Shown: positions 41,227 to 51,998, numbered from the stretch's first letter. The stretch: 55,865 nt of DNA from Candidatus Heimdallarchaeota archaeon (GCA_016839945.1 JAEOTE010000146.1:1-55865); one strand, 5' to 3'. Numbers and translations are program-made. The notes: generated by a model not told the origin, from the sequence alone.

Positions 41227-41967
41227 ATGCATATCAAAGCTATCACAACGATGAATGCCTTTCAGAACATAGACACTTTGTTATTCGACATGGATGGAAC
41301 CCTTACTAATCTTGGTAAACGTTATTGGGAACCATTCTTCAGAGCTATTGAAAAACTTAAGCCTGATCATGACAGAGAGAAAAGGCAAGAGGTTTTTGAA
41401 AGAACACTCATGACAGTTGTTCAGAATTCATTCGGCAGTTCGAGAATAATAAAAATAAAGACTTTCCTAAAGGCATTCAAAGATTCAGATTTATCATTAA
41501 TAGATGTATATAGAGGAATGAAGTTAGTAAGAAAAGATCCTTTAGCTTTTAGATAAGTTGAACCACTTGATGGAGTAGAAGAAATTTTGGACTTGCTTCA
41601 TTCTCGGGGATACAAACTAGCATTAGTTACTAACGCAAGCGATGATACATTAAAAATAGCCAAAAAGGAATTGAAAGCTTTGAAGAAATTTGATGCTATT
41701 ATAACAAGAAATATGGTAAAGAGAATTAAGCCATATCCTGAATCTGTTCTAAAAGCAATTAAAAAATTAAAGAAAGATCCAAAAACATGTGTTATGATTG
41801 GAGATTTTCCACAAGATGTCAAAGCGGGGAAAGCTGCAGGAATAAAAACTATTGCGATTTTAGGAGATAATGGAAAATATACAGAAAATACTATCAGACA
41901 ATTGAATCCAGATATTATTCTGAAATCTATTCATGAACTAGTAGAAATATTTCCGAGTCTTAATTAA
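41227..41967 (+). pseudogene. HAD phosphatase (Gph-like) interrupted by an in-frame TAA at 41554-41556
   Basis: FDMDGTL in the first ORF; LVTN, KP.P and MIGD..D.AG in the second; both in the same frame across AGA-TAA-GTT. Confidence 0.8.
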
Positions 41968-42058
41968 TATAAACTGTAAAACATGAGATTTTAAGGGATT
42001 AAAAAAAGAAAAAAGAAAATTTTGTGATATTTTGTTTGTGTCTGGAATAACTAGTTTT

Positions 42059-43267
42059 TTATGATTTGAGTATTCTTAATTTCTTTGGTTTCTTAAGTAA
42101 CAAAGCAGCAATAATCAAGACAGGTAGAATGAATGCAAATGGAAAACTAGCTTCTTCTTCTCCAAAGGGTTCCATAGTGGGTTCGCTTAGAGGATAAGGA
42201 TCAGTAGAATTTGCTTCACCTAGTATCTCATACTCGCCTTCGTTATCATGGTCATCCCAATGATTCCCTTCGTTAGATGTGGTATCGTACCAAATATTGC
42301 CATCACCCCAATCAGTAGCTTGATGTGAATCTTCTCCTAGGAGGTGAAAATGGTTATTTATAAGAGTATTATGATGAAAAACATTGTTTTCAGATTCCAT
42401 TGCCATATGTATTCCACCCTCACATTCCTGTATCAGGTTATATGAAAAGAGACAGTTAGCACTATCAGAAACGAGAATACCTTCCCATTTAGTACTGTTG
42501 TAAAGTCGATTATATTTGCTTACAATATAATTTGAATTACGGAGATAAATGAACCAGTTATCAGAGTGCATACAGGTATTATTGAGAATATCACTATCAT
42601 TTGACCAATGAGAATAAATGGATATCATGCTGTTTGATGTAAGGGTATTATTATAGACTGTAATATAACTAGATTCCCGGAAATAAACTCCATATTCTAT
42701 ATTATTACTACATACATTGTTTTCAATTTTTGAGTAATCACTTTTTTCTATATGTATAGCAGAGCCCATATTATAACTGCAATTATTATTAGTCACTGTA
42801 ATTTTGGGAGAATTCTCTACCTTAATACCATGAACACTATTTATACAGACATTATTTTCTATAGTTACAGTATTTTCACTTGTATTTTTAATCACTATTG
42901 CATGAGATAAGGCTTCAATGTAACAGTTACGAATGACAAAATTTACTGTTGTTCCGTTAATACGAATACCTATACCTGCTGTTGCATCAATCTTCAAATT
43001 CTCTATTCTATAAGGATCACCAGGTGTTCCAGCACCTGGGAAACTATAGTCTGTAAAATTCTGATCACAAGTTATACAAATAGCTTCATGAATAGTTAAA
43101 GTAAGAGGAGAAATTTGGTTTAGTGATATTGTATTAAGTGCAGGTGTTGTGTAAGAGGTATAAATAACGCTAAAAAAAATCACACTGCATACCAGTATTC
43201 CAAACATATTTTTTTTCACTATTGATTTTTTTATTTTCATTTTAATCACGTTTATGTTTTGTAGCAT
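42059..43267 (-). CDS. Surface protein with parallel beta-helix (NosD-like) and C-terminal anchor
   Basis: Signal peptide, GT..DPY.IEN, Asn-ladder repeats, GNHW.D, DPYPL, TM plus basic tail. Confidence 0.85.
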   Translation of the reverse strand: MLQNINVIKMKIKKSIVKKNMFGILVCSVIFFSVIYTSYTTPALNTISLNQISPLTLTIHEAICITCDQNFTDYSFPGAGTPGDPYRIENLKIDATAGIGIRINGTTVNFVIRNCYIEALSHAIVIKNTSENTVTIENNVCINSVHGIKVENSPKITVTNNNCSYNMGSAIHIEKSDYSKIENNVCSNNIEYGVYFRESSYITVYNNTLTSNSMISIYSHWSNDSDILNNTCMHSDNWFIYLRNSNYIVSKYNRLYNSTKWEGILVSDSANCLFSYNLIQECEGGIHMAMESENNVFHHNTLINNHFHLLGEDSHQATDWGDGNIWYDTTSNEGNHWDDHDNEGEYEILGEANSTDPYPLSEPTMEPFGEEEASFPFAFILPVLIIAALLLKKPKKLRILKS

Positions 43268-43374
43268 TACAAAACCATTATACTATACTATGAGGTGAAA
43301 GGTATATAAAGGTTTTGTATAATTACGAAAATGTTTTTAAATCTCTATATCTAATTGTTCTATGTGTCGGTATA

Positions 43375-43956
43375 ATGCCTGAAACAAAAAGTAAGGGTGG
43401 AAGACCTAGGAAATACCCGAAAGAGGATAAGTATGCTAGACAAAAAGCATATTATGAACGAAAAAAACAGAAAATGAGGGAACTGGAAGAGAGAGTTAAA
43501 AAACTTCAGAGTGGAAAGGATCTTTCTCCTGAACAAAAAAAAATCCTTAAAGAATTAGATTTACCAAAATATGATACTTATTTTTGGTCTAAAATAACTC
43601 CAAATGAAATAGCTTTGAAGGGAACTCAAGAACTAGAACAATTAGCGGGTAACTTACGAGAAAAAACAGATATTAACACTTTATTAAAAATCCAAATTCT
43701 TAATCTAATTGTAAAAACCATTAATCTTGATTATTTACATTCTCCAGAAGAATTATCTTCGAAGGATTTGCTTAATGTGTTAAATGATGATGTAGAAAGC
43801 ATTGTAAACTTATCTCAAGAATCCAATCAACAGCAGACAATGCTTTACTTATTGGAAGCTGAACTAGATAGCAGAGGGAGATTAGAGAAGAGAGAGACGA
43901 CTATAGATCTTTTCGAAGCTAAAGTTGAAGAATTAGAAAAACAAATTCAAGAATGA
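43375..43956 (+). CDS. Protein with AT-hook-like GRPRK and basic-zipper-like N-terminus
   Basis: KGGRPRKY...ARQKAYYERKKQKMRELEERVKKLQ; C-terminal coiled coil. Confidence 0.7.
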   Translation: MPETKSKGGRPRKYPKEDKYARQKAYYERKKQKMRELEERVKKLQSGKDLSPEQKKILKELDLPKYDTYFWSKITPNEIALKGTQELEQLAGNLREKTDINTLLKIQILNLIVKTINLDYLHSPEELSSKDLLNVLNDDVESIVNLSQESNQQQTMLYLLEAELDSRGRLEKRETTIDLFEAKVEELEKQIQE

Positions 43957-44045
43957 AAAATGAAAGTCACTCCAAAAGAGAAGAAGTAAAAAAGAAATAT
44001 TAGATTATTTAGATAAGACTTAAGTGTTGGCAAAGTAAACTATTT

Positions 44046-45881
44046 TTGTACGACTATTTGGATGTTAATCCTTTGTTTGGTGGCAATAATAAGGATCTTC
44101 TAGAGATTGAAAAACTATACCATTTTCAAAGACATCAAGAGGCATATCTTAAGCTTGAGGAGTTTGAAAAAAAAGGTGAGTTATCAAAGGAAGAAGAATT
44201 AAGATCAAACATACTTCGAGCAGGCATAGTAAGACATATGGATAAATGGAAAGAGGGTTTGGAGTTATTAGAACAAACCATTGAAGAAAGCAAACTTCTT
44301 GAAGAGAAGCTTGTTTTACTTGATGCCTTAATTATGAAAGCAGATTACTTGACAATGATTGAAAGATATGACGATATACTAACTATCACAGAAAGAGGAT
44401 TAGAGATTATTGAGAAAGAAGACACCACCAATCAGGATTTTATTTTACGAAAGGCTTGGTTTTTAGCTTATAAGGGGCTACAGGAAAATTTCAAGGGCAA
44501 CTATAATCTTGCCCAAGAAACATTAGAACAAGGTTTGATATTAACAAAACAGATTGATAGTGATAATCTGCTTAGAGTTCTGAATATATTTATTGCAAGA
44601 AATGAAGCTTCAAGAGGGAATTACATTGAAGCCTATGAGTATAATACTCAAGCAGTAGAAATATCGATAAGAATGAAGAATGATTTGGTTACAGCCATGA
44701 TGTATGGTGATCTTGCAGAAGCTGCTATTGGGTTATTGAAATTTAGGAAATCTCAAGAGCATCTTAGTGAAGCTATTAAAATCTATCAAGAATATGGATT
44801 ACCAATCGAATATTTTGAGTTCATTCTAGGTATGAATTACACTGGCTGTGGATTAAGTATTGAAGCGGTTAGGATTTACAAAAGAATATTACCTCAACTT
44901 GAGAAACAAATTGGGCAAAATCCCCGTGATTTAAGCTTCATTATCTGGGGAAAAGCAATGATTGAATGGTATGAAGGTAATCTCGATAAGGCCTTAGAGT
45001 TTCAAGAGGAAGTATACAATATTAATGTAGAATTGGGAAATAGATGGCTTATTGCAACTCATGCAGGCTTTCTAGCTGGGATTTTGATAGATGCCAGCCA
45101 AATTGACAAGTCTTTGGAGCTTAGCTTAGCTGCACTAGAAGATTATGAAGAATATAATCACTATTTCATTAACTCTTTTAACTATGAAAATTTAGGAAAG
45201 ATATGTCAAATCAAAGGAGAATATGATCTTGCTTTAGATTATCTTGAAAAATGCTTGAAGATAAGATCACAATCAGACCACTACTATCAGCTAATTAGAA
45301 CTCTTTTTCTTATGATAGATATTGCAATAGATAAAGATGATGAAGTTTTATATAACAAATATCTGGCGCAAATGGAGGAAGCAGCATTCAAGGATCCTCT
45401 AGAAATACATGACCAGTATTATAGAATAGCAAATGCTTTAGTTCTGAAAGCTAGCTCTAGTCCTGAAAACTGGATAGGCGCAATAGATAGCCTTGTAGAT
45501 GCTGTTGAAGAAGAAATCTATTACTACAATATCAAAGTAATTGCTTTAATCAATTTATGCGAACTGCTTATGAATGAATTCAGTATATCGGGAAATGTTG
45601 AGATATTGGAAAAACTTGAAAATTATTCAAACAAATTAGAAGAGATAGCTAACAACCAAAAACAAACATCATACAGCTTACGCATAGAATCCAAAAATAT
45701 CCGTCTTTTAACTATATGGCTTAGAGCTCAAAATTCAATGCAAGAAGCAGATCTAATACAGGCAGAAGATTTACTCGAGGAAGCTAGAGAGATAGCAAAG
45801 AGTGAAGGTTTGATTAGATTAGTTGAGAAATTAACTAACCAGCAAGAAAAATTGTATACCCAAATACTACGATGGAGTTAA
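44046..45881 (+). CDS. TPR-repeat protein (MalT-like repeats)
   Basis: Repeated G.Y..A...L..AL.I units. Confidence 0.85.
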   Translation: MYDYLDVNPLFGGNNKDLLEIEKLYHFQRHQEAYLKLEEFEKKGELSKEEELRSNILRAGIVRHMDKWKEGLELLEQTIEESKLLEEKLVLLDALIMKADYLTMIERYDDILTITERGLEIIEKEDTTNQDFILRKAWFLAYKGLQENFKGNYNLAQETLEQGLILTKQIDSDNLLRVLNIFIARNEASRGNYIEAYEYNTQAVEISIRMKNDLVTAMMYGDLAEAAIGLLKFRKSQEHLSEAIKIYQEYGLPIEYFEFILGMNYTGCGLSIEAVRIYKRILPQLEKQIGQNPRDLSFIIWGKAMIEWYEGNLDKALEFQEEVYNINVELGNRWLIATHAGFLAGILIDASQIDKSLELSLAALEDYEEYNHYFINSFNYENLGKICQIKGEYDLALDYLEKCLKIRSQSDHYYQLIRTLFLMIDIAIDKDDEVLYNKYLAQMEEAAFKDPLEIHDQYYRIANALVLKASSSPENWIGAIDSLVDAVEEEIYYYNIKVIALINLCELLMNEFSISGNVEILEKLENYSNKLEEIANNQKQTSYSLRIESKNIRLLTIWLRAQNSMQEADLIQAEDLLEEAREIAKSEGLIRLVEKLTNQQEKLYTQILRWS

Positions 45882-45950
45882 TTGTTTTAGAAGCTAGAAT
45901 CAAAAGAACAAAGGATATAAGGATTCTAATTGTTGTAAACAGGAATAGAG

Positions 45951-46823
45951 ATGTCTAAATTAGAAGAGATATCAGAGCATGTTGCTGTTGACATAAAAAC
46001 ACAATATGGGAGCAGATCGTGCGTTTTGGGAGGGATTTCTCTTGGTAAATATTCAATTGCTATAGACAGTGGTGATTCATTAGAAGTGGGAACAGCTCTG
46101 CATAAGGAATTGGAAAAACACTTTAAGATTCCGGTTCAATATTTATTCTTAACTCATACACATAATGATCATAGAAATGGACGAGAGGCTTTCAAAGATC
46201 TCACACTCATAGCAAGTCAGAAGTGTATACATAACATGCCAAAAAGTATTAGTTTTAGCAAATGGAAGAAAGAACTATTTGAGAGGGAATTGATAATTAA
46301 GGAAGAAGGATTAAGTTTAGAACTTCATCATGTAGGGGGGCATAGTATAGGTTTCAGTGTTGCATATTTTCCACTTGAAAAGGTTCTTTTTGCAGGAGAT
46401 CTTTTTATTACTGAACCAACTAACTTTGGTCTCCCCTTTATGGGATTTTATCAGAATAAACCTAAAAGAACTGGTAATCCTGAAGAATATCTTGCTGCTT
46501 TTGAGAAATTTAAGTCAATGAAAATTGATGTTATTGTTCCTGGACATGGAGAACTTATTTTGAATCCAAAGGAATATTTAGATGAACAAAACTCCTTTTA
46601 CTACTCCTTAAAGACCTTTTTTATTGCTGAGATTGAGGATGGCAAAGGTCTAGAAGAAATTAAAATACCTACTCTGAAACCTATTGAGAGAGCACATGAA
46701 ATTATTGAAAGCAAACCTAAAAAAAGTCAAGCTACCCGATTTTTGGATAATTATCTTAATTGGATTAAGAAGAGTTTTTACAACTATTATAGCGGGGAAT
46801 TTGAAAAACTTGGAACTAGTTAG
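45951..46823 (+). CDS. Metallo-beta-lactamase-fold hydrolase
   Basis: THTHNDH, GGHS, FAGD, VPGHG. Confidence 0.9.
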   Translation: MSKLEEISEHVAVDIKTQYGSRSCVLGGISLGKYSIAIDSGDSLEVGTALHKELEKHFKIPVQYLFLTHTHNDHRNGREAFKDLTLIASQKCIHNMPKSISFSKWKKELFERELIIKEEGLSLELHHVGGHSIGFSVAYFPLEKVLFAGDLFITEPTNFGLPFMGFYQNKPKRTGNPEEYLAAFEKFKSMKIDVIVPGHGELILNPKEYLDEQNSFYYSLKTFFIAEIEDGKGLEEIKIPTLKPIERAHEIIESKPKKSQATRFLDNYLNWIKKSFYNYYSGEFEKLGTS

Positions 46824-46914
46824 AAGCAACATATTCAACCCTCAAAGTCTCTTTGTAATATGACCATCACAAATTGTGATGTTTCCTTATAAATGCTTTA
46901 ATTACGATATGTGT

Positions 46915-49017
46915 ATGAAAAAATCTGAAATATCAAAAGAAACCAAGTACAAACCAACAATCAGAGATATGCTTACAATTCCTTATGTAGGATATTCAAC
47001 AATAAATCCTTCAGGTAACAAAGTTGCTTATCTTATGGGGGAGCTAAATCTAAAAGACAATAATTGGGGTGTGCAATGCTATATTTATGATGTAGATAAG
47101 AAAGTTAATAAAAAAATTACAAAAGATTCAAATTCATCAAATATTAGATGGTTGGATAATGATTCTTTAGCGATGATTAAATATAATCCTTCAGATGGTA
47201 ATAGGCAGATATTCATTTATGACAATCTCTTAGGAGATGGATTTCAAGTAACTAATCATTCCTCACCAATTACTAATTTTGAAATCTTTCAAGATGGATT
47301 TATATTTCTTTCATCAGGATCCCCAAAACAAAATAATATAGGGAATTTTAAACATGTGGAGGAAGAAATAGGTTCATCCAAATTATTTTTCATTAACAAA
47401 GAGACAGCAAAAAAGAATAGAGAGGAAGAATCTCGTTTTTTTAAGGAAGAGAATAAGGAATTACCAGAATCATATTTTGAAATAACAGAAATCTTCCAAG
47501 ACTCATTCCTAATAGAATCCTATGTGGTATCTCCGAAAAATGATTCCATATTTTTAACCTGTAGAAGTAAATCTGATTTATATTTTGAAAATACTAAGTT
47601 TCACTATGGAATAAAGCTAGATGCACAAAAGGCCCTTGATGAAATCAACCATTACAAAAAAAGCAATCAAAAGACCAAAGATTTCTCATTTATTGGAGAA
47701 GTTACAAAGATTGCTTTACCAATCGATTCTACTATCTTGGCTGTTTCACCAGATGAAACTAAGATTCTTATTAAACATAAAGGAAGAGATCTTAAAGATT
47801 ATACACAATCTGATTTATGGATCCTTGATTTAATTGAAAACGCAGAAAAACTCCAAAATGAAGCAAAAACTAAAGAAGCAATCTTTTGTTTAACTAAAAA
47901 TCTTGATCAAGAACCTGGTGAAGTTCGCTGGACAAAGAAAGGTTTATTCTTGACATATTGGAATGAAAGTAAATGTGAATTTGCTAGATTTGATGAAACT
48001 GGGAAATTCGATATTATTGATCTTCAAGGTTTATCAATGAAGAATTTCTTCTATTCTAATGATAAAGGAGATTTTAGTTTTGCAGCTTTCTCAAACAACC
48101 TATTAGAAGAAATCTATTTTGCCAAAAAAATAGAAGAGGAATTAGTTATTGATAGGATCACAAATATTAACGATTTTTACTCAAACTGGGATTTTGGAAA
48201 AGTGGAATCTATAAGATGGAAAAGCAAAGATGGAGTAGAAATTGAAGGTATTCTGAGAAAACCTAGTGATTTTGATCCCACAAAGAAATATCCACTATTA
48301 TTCTTCATACATGGAGGTCCTGCTGCAGTATCACCTATGGCTTTATTAACTAACCAAGAAATGACTTTTCACCCAACTGTCCAAATGTGTAATAAAGGAG
48401 TTATTATCTTTTCACCCAATTACAGAGGTTCTACTGGAAGAGGACAATGGTTTAGAGAGTTGAACTTTGATAATTTAGGTGTTGGGGATCTGTGGGATAT
48501 TGAATCAGGGATTGATTTTTTAGTTGAGCAAGGATTTATTGATGAATCTAGAATTGGAAGCATGGGTGGAAGTCAAGGCGGGTATATTAGCGCTTTTGCA
48601 GGAATGCATTCTGATAGATTTAGAGCTGTGAGTGTAGGAAGTTGTGCAGCTAGCTGGTATACATACTACATAACTTCAGATCTTAGAGATTCAATACTTC
48701 TTTCAGGAGAGCCATTCAGTAAAGAAAGAGAAGAAAGCACCAAGAAAACTGCCCCAATATCAGCTATAGAAAAAGCAAAAACTCCAATGTTACTTCAACA
48801 CGGTGCAAATGATCAAAGAACAGGAGTTGCAAATGCGAACGAATTATTCAGAGCTCTAAAACACAAAGGAATACACACTGAATTCTTCAAGTATAATGAT
48901 GCAGGACACGGTTATAATACTCCAAGAAACTTTTATGCTCTTATGCTTCAGAATTTTAGATGGTTTAGTCATTATCTTCTAGATGAAGAATTAGATTTTT
49001 TCAAGGATGATTTTTGA
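46915..49017 (+). CDS. S9 prolyl oligopeptidase/acylaminoacyl-peptidase family
   Basis: Propeller-type N-terminus; IHGGP, PNYRGS, GGSQGG (Ser), HGAND.R (Asp), AGHG (His). Confidence 0.92.
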   Translation: MKKSEISKETKYKPTIRDMLTIPYVGYSTINPSGNKVAYLMGELNLKDNNWGVQCYIYDVDKKVNKKITKDSNSSNIRWLDNDSLAMIKYNPSDGNRQIFIYDNLLGDGFQVTNHSSPITNFEIFQDGFIFLSSGSPKQNNIGNFKHVEEEIGSSKLFFINKETAKKNREEESRFFKEENKELPESYFEITEIFQDSFLIESYVVSPKNDSIFLTCRSKSDLYFENTKFHYGIKLDAQKALDEINHYKKSNQKTKDFSFIGEVTKIALPIDSTILAVSPDETKILIKHKGRDLKDYTQSDLWILDLIENAEKLQNEAKTKEAIFCLTKNLDQEPGEVRWTKKGLFLTYWNESKCEFARFDETGKFDIIDLQGLSMKNFFYSNDKGDFSFAAFSNNLLEEIYFAKKIEEELVIDRITNINDFYSNWDFGKVESIRWKSKDGVEIEGILRKPSDFDPTKKYPLLFFIHGGPAAVSPMALLTNQEMTFHPTVQMCNKGVIIFSPNYRGSTGRGQWFRELNFDNLGVGDLWDIESGIDFLVEQGFIDESRIGSMGGSQGGYISAFAGMHSDRFRAVSVGSCAASWYTYYITSDLRDSILLSGEPFSKEREESTKKTAPISAIEKAKTPMLLQHGANDQRTGVANANELFRALKHKGIHTEFFKYNDAGHGYNTPRNFYALMLQNFRWFSHYLLDEELDFFKDDF

Positions 49018-49105
49018 GAAAAATTATCAAAAAAAGAGATTTTCTAATTCATTTTGTCTTTTAGGTAATTAAATAAATTTGAGTAAGAAAGAAACACATT
49101 TCAAC

Positions 49106-50017
49106 CTAATCATAAAGTAATTCCTCTTTCCAAGAGTCGAAGAAAGCAGCTTTGTGAATAATATCTGATTGAATTGATTCTATTTCTTTTTTCCTGATAT
49201 CTTTAATAATATCATTCAGTAGCTTCATATTGTTACACCACACCCAACATTGCATGAAATTAGGCATATTACTAAAGACCCAAATGAAGAAAATATGAGG
49301 AGAGAACTCGTTCATAAGTTCTTTAGCTAATTCATCTCTATTCACAGATGGATTCATTTTAATTCGAAAAACAGAAAAAATATCATTTGAAGCTTCAGGA
49401 TAGAAATTTATAGATAATTCAAGAAGACCATCCTCATACATTTTTGAAATTCTACGACTGACTGTGTTTGGAGTACTTCTTACTTCTTCAGCTATCTCAG
49501 ATACTGGCTTTCTTGAATCTTTATGTAAAGAGCGAATTATTGCTTTGTCTAAATTGCTATATTTTACAGGTGTTTTTTCAGGTGTAATATATGGAATTTG
49601 CGATGCTGAATGAACACCTGAAAGAAAACCAATTTTTGGTGATTTCATTTTAGCAGTTTGAGAAACAAAGGACGAGTACTTATCGAGTTCGTCAATATTC
49701 TTTAAGTAGGAACCGATATACAAATAATTTCGACTAGAAAACATTAGGAGAGCAGTGTTTGGATGTTTCCCTAAATCCTCAGACAATTGATCACTATCTT
49801 CAATTTCACTTTCTCCAAAAAAATAAGCATAAATTGCATTAATTGCATATGATTTAATTCTTGCAGTAAATTCTTGAATTACACCTAAATTTACTAAAGT
49901 GTTCATTCTCTTATAAACAGCATTTACTGATAATCCCATATAATCAGCAATTTCTCTATATGTTAATCTTGAATTAATCATTAGAAGAAGAACTATCTTA
50001 AGATCTTCTTTATCCAT
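49106..50017 (-). CDS. Tandem (double) Lrp/AsnC regulator
   Basis: Two HTH-RAM units (NSRLTYREIA..GLS; DSRKPVSEIA..ST.NTV). Confidence 0.88.
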   Translation of the reverse strand: MDKEDLKIVLLLMINSRLTYREIADYMGLSVNAVYKRMNTLVNLGVIQEFTARIKSYAINAIYAYFFGESEIEDSDQLSEDLGKHPNTALLMFSSRNYLYIGSYLKNIDELDKYSSFVSQTAKMKSPKIGFLSGVHSASQIPYITPEKTPVKYSNLDKAIIRSLHKDSRKPVSEIAEEVRSTPNTVSRRISKMYEDGLLELSINFYPEASNDIFSVFRIKMNPSVNRDELAKELMNEFSPHIFFIWVFSNMPNFMQCWVWCNNMKLLNDIIKDIRKKEIESIQSDIIHKAAFFDSWKEELLYD

Positions 50018-50051
50018 AAAGAAAAAAAAGAGAAGGGAGTAATATATCTTT

Positions 50052-50537
50052 CTAGTTTTTAGTATCTGCTTCTGTTACCAATTTCTCCTTAAACCTAGGT
50101 TTGAAATAATTTATAAGATAAATCAGAAGATAAACTCCAACTAGAAAGAGTACAAAGGGGAAACAAGTACTTACGAATACAAGTACACCAAAAGCTATTG
50201 CATACATTTTCATTAAGTCAACAAAAGAGATGTTATTTGTTTTTAGGTATTTTATTAGTCTTACAAGAAAGAATATCCCTAAACCAGTTAATGCTAAAGA
50301 GATTAGTGTGCTCCAAGGAGTGAATGAACAGTGTGCAACATACCCTAAGATACTGAGTTTTTGTGATCCAAATCCTACAACATCTGCAGGGAGTATTGTA
50401 ATAACAGCTGAAAATAGGTTTCCAATAATCATCGCAATAATCATTGTTGTGTAAAAGATTATTTTTGTTGATTTCATTATTTCTTTAGGTTGTAAATTTA
50501 ATTTCATTTTTATCGAGATTTTTGCTTGTATGAACAT
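50052..50537 (-). CDS. Small membrane protein with LGY.AHCSF.P.ST motif
   Basis: Three to four hydrophobic segments. The true start is probably 50507 or 50477. Confidence 0.7.
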   Translation of the reverse strand: MFIQAKISIKMKLNLQPKEIMKSTKIIFYTTMIIAMIIGNLFSAVITILPADVVGFGSQKLSILGYVAHCSFTPWSTLISLALTGLGIFFLVRLIKYLKTNNISFVDLMKMYAIAFGVLVFVSTCFPFVLFLVGVYLLIYLINYFKPRFKEKLVTEADTKN

Positions 50538-50549
50538 TTATATTCGTAA

Positions 50550-50621
50550 GTTTAACATGTGGTTGAAGAATAAGCAATTTTAACTAATAAAGTTGGTAGT
50601 TTTATTCCACAAGTGTTAAAC
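50550..50621. promoter_or_regulatory. Inverted repeat flanking a divergent promoter region
   Basis: GTTTAACA-TGTGG (50550-50562) and CCACA-AG-TGTTAAAC (50607-50621). Confidence 0.45.
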
Positions 50622-50653
50622 AAGAGTATAAAATAGTCTGAAATAGCTAATTT

Positions 50654-51451
50654 TTGAAAATGAAAGTTCTTGTAATAGTTGGTAGCGGTAGAAAAAATGG
50701 GAACACATCCACAATAGCTTCTATGTTACTTAAGAGAATAAGTAAGTTAGCTATTTCTGAAGACAAAAAGCTTCAAGTTGAAAAACTCTTCTTAGTAGAT
50801 TATGAATTGAAGCACTGTATAGGATGCAGAGCTTGTATGGATAGAGGAGAAGAAAAATGTCCTCAAAAAGATAATCTAACAAAAATAAAAACAAAAATAG
50901 ATGAAGCAGATGCAGTGATATTTGGAAGTCCTGTTTATATTGATAATGTAAGTTCAATGATGAAGGCTTTGATTGATAGATTGGCATATATTTGTCATAG
51001 ACAAGAGTTTTACAAGAAAATGGCATTAGTTTATTCAACAAGTGGTGGATCGGCAAATAAGCATACTAACAGAACCATGGCTGGAGCTCTTCTAAGTTGG
51101 GGATTTAATCTTATAGGAACAGCAGGATTCATAATAAAGCACCATGATTCAGATTTAGAAATAGAATCAAAATACTCTAAAAGTCTTAATAGATTAGCAA
51201 AAAAAGTTTATACCAGTGTAATTGATAAACGATATCTAACTCCATCTATTCTTTCACTTGCTATGTTTAGATTACAACAAAGAGAAAGAGCTAATCCTGT
51301 AAAAGCACACCCTCTGGATTACAAATATTGGAAAGAAAAAGGATGGCAGAAATCAGAAGCTAATTACTATATCAATCACCGTAGTTCTAGAATTAGAATC
51401 TTTCTTTCCATAATACTGTATAAAACAATCTCAATGATATTTGTAGATTAG
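50654..51451 (+). CDS. Iron-sulfur flavoprotein / NADPH-dependent FMN reductase family
   Basis: GSGRKNGNT, CIGCRAC...C, GSPVY, K.LIDR. Confidence 0.9.
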   Translation: MKMKVLVIVGSGRKNGNTSTIASMLLKRISKLAISEDKKLQVEKLFLVDYELKHCIGCRACMDRGEEKCPQKDNLTKIKTKIDEADAVIFGSPVYIDNVSSMMKALIDRLAYICHRQEFYKKMALVYSTSGGSANKHTNRTMAGALLSWGFNLIGTAGFIIKHHDSDLEIESKYSKSLNRLAKKVYTSVIDKRYLTPSILSLAMFRLQQRERANPVKAHPLDYKYWKEKGWQKSEANYYINHRSSRIRIFLSIILYKTISMIFVD

Positions 51452-51525
51452 ATAAAAAAATGATTTTCCCCAGAGTTATGTTGTCTTTTAGTTAATTAAA
51501 TAAATGTAAAAAAGTATGTATATTC

Positions 51526-51981
51526 ATGTCGAAAGAAAATGCTCGAACTGGATGGTTTTTTAGAAATGGAGAGCCACCTGATGATAATGCGTATTTTGAA
51601 AATATGTCTAGAGCTGTTTTTCAAGCGGGTTTAAGTTGGCAAATGATTGCAGATAAATGGCCAGCATTCAAAGAAGCTTTCAAGAATTTCAATATAGAAG
51701 AAGTTAGTAATTTTGACGAAGAGGATATTGAAAAATTACTAAGTGACAAGAGTATAATTCGAAATAGAGCTAAAATAGAAGCTGTTATTGTTAATGCTAT
51801 GGGATTCATGAAAATTAAAGAAGAATTTGAGTCTTTTCGAAACTTCATAGATAATTTGGATAAATCTGAGAATTATAAATATGTCAAAAAAGAATTGGGC
51901 AAAAGATTTTCTAGAATGGGTCCTAAATCCGCTATGATTTATTTGTATAGTATTGGTGAAAACATAAAGCATGAGGAATAA
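51526..51981 (+). CDS. tag: DNA-3-methyladenine glycosylase I (short form)
   Basis: DD..YFE, FQAGLSW, F..AF.NF, IIRNRAKIEA...NA, F...GP. Confidence 0.85.
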   Translation: MSKENARTGWFFRNGEPPDDNAYFENMSRAVFQAGLSWQMIADKWPAFKEAFKNFNIEEVSNFDEEDIEKLLSDKSIIRNRAKIEAVIVNAMGFMKIKEEFESFRNFIDNLDKSENYKYVKKELGKRFSRMGPKSAMIYLYSIGENIKHEE

Positions 51982-51998
51982 AAAAGAATTCAGAAGTT

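Noticed and set aside
41554-43956. Stop-codon recoding (Sec/Pyl or alternative code)
   Set aside because: The HAD interruption is TAA. The TGA at 43954 is not at a Cys-like catalytic site and no SECIS was recognised. All three stop codons end normal genes here.
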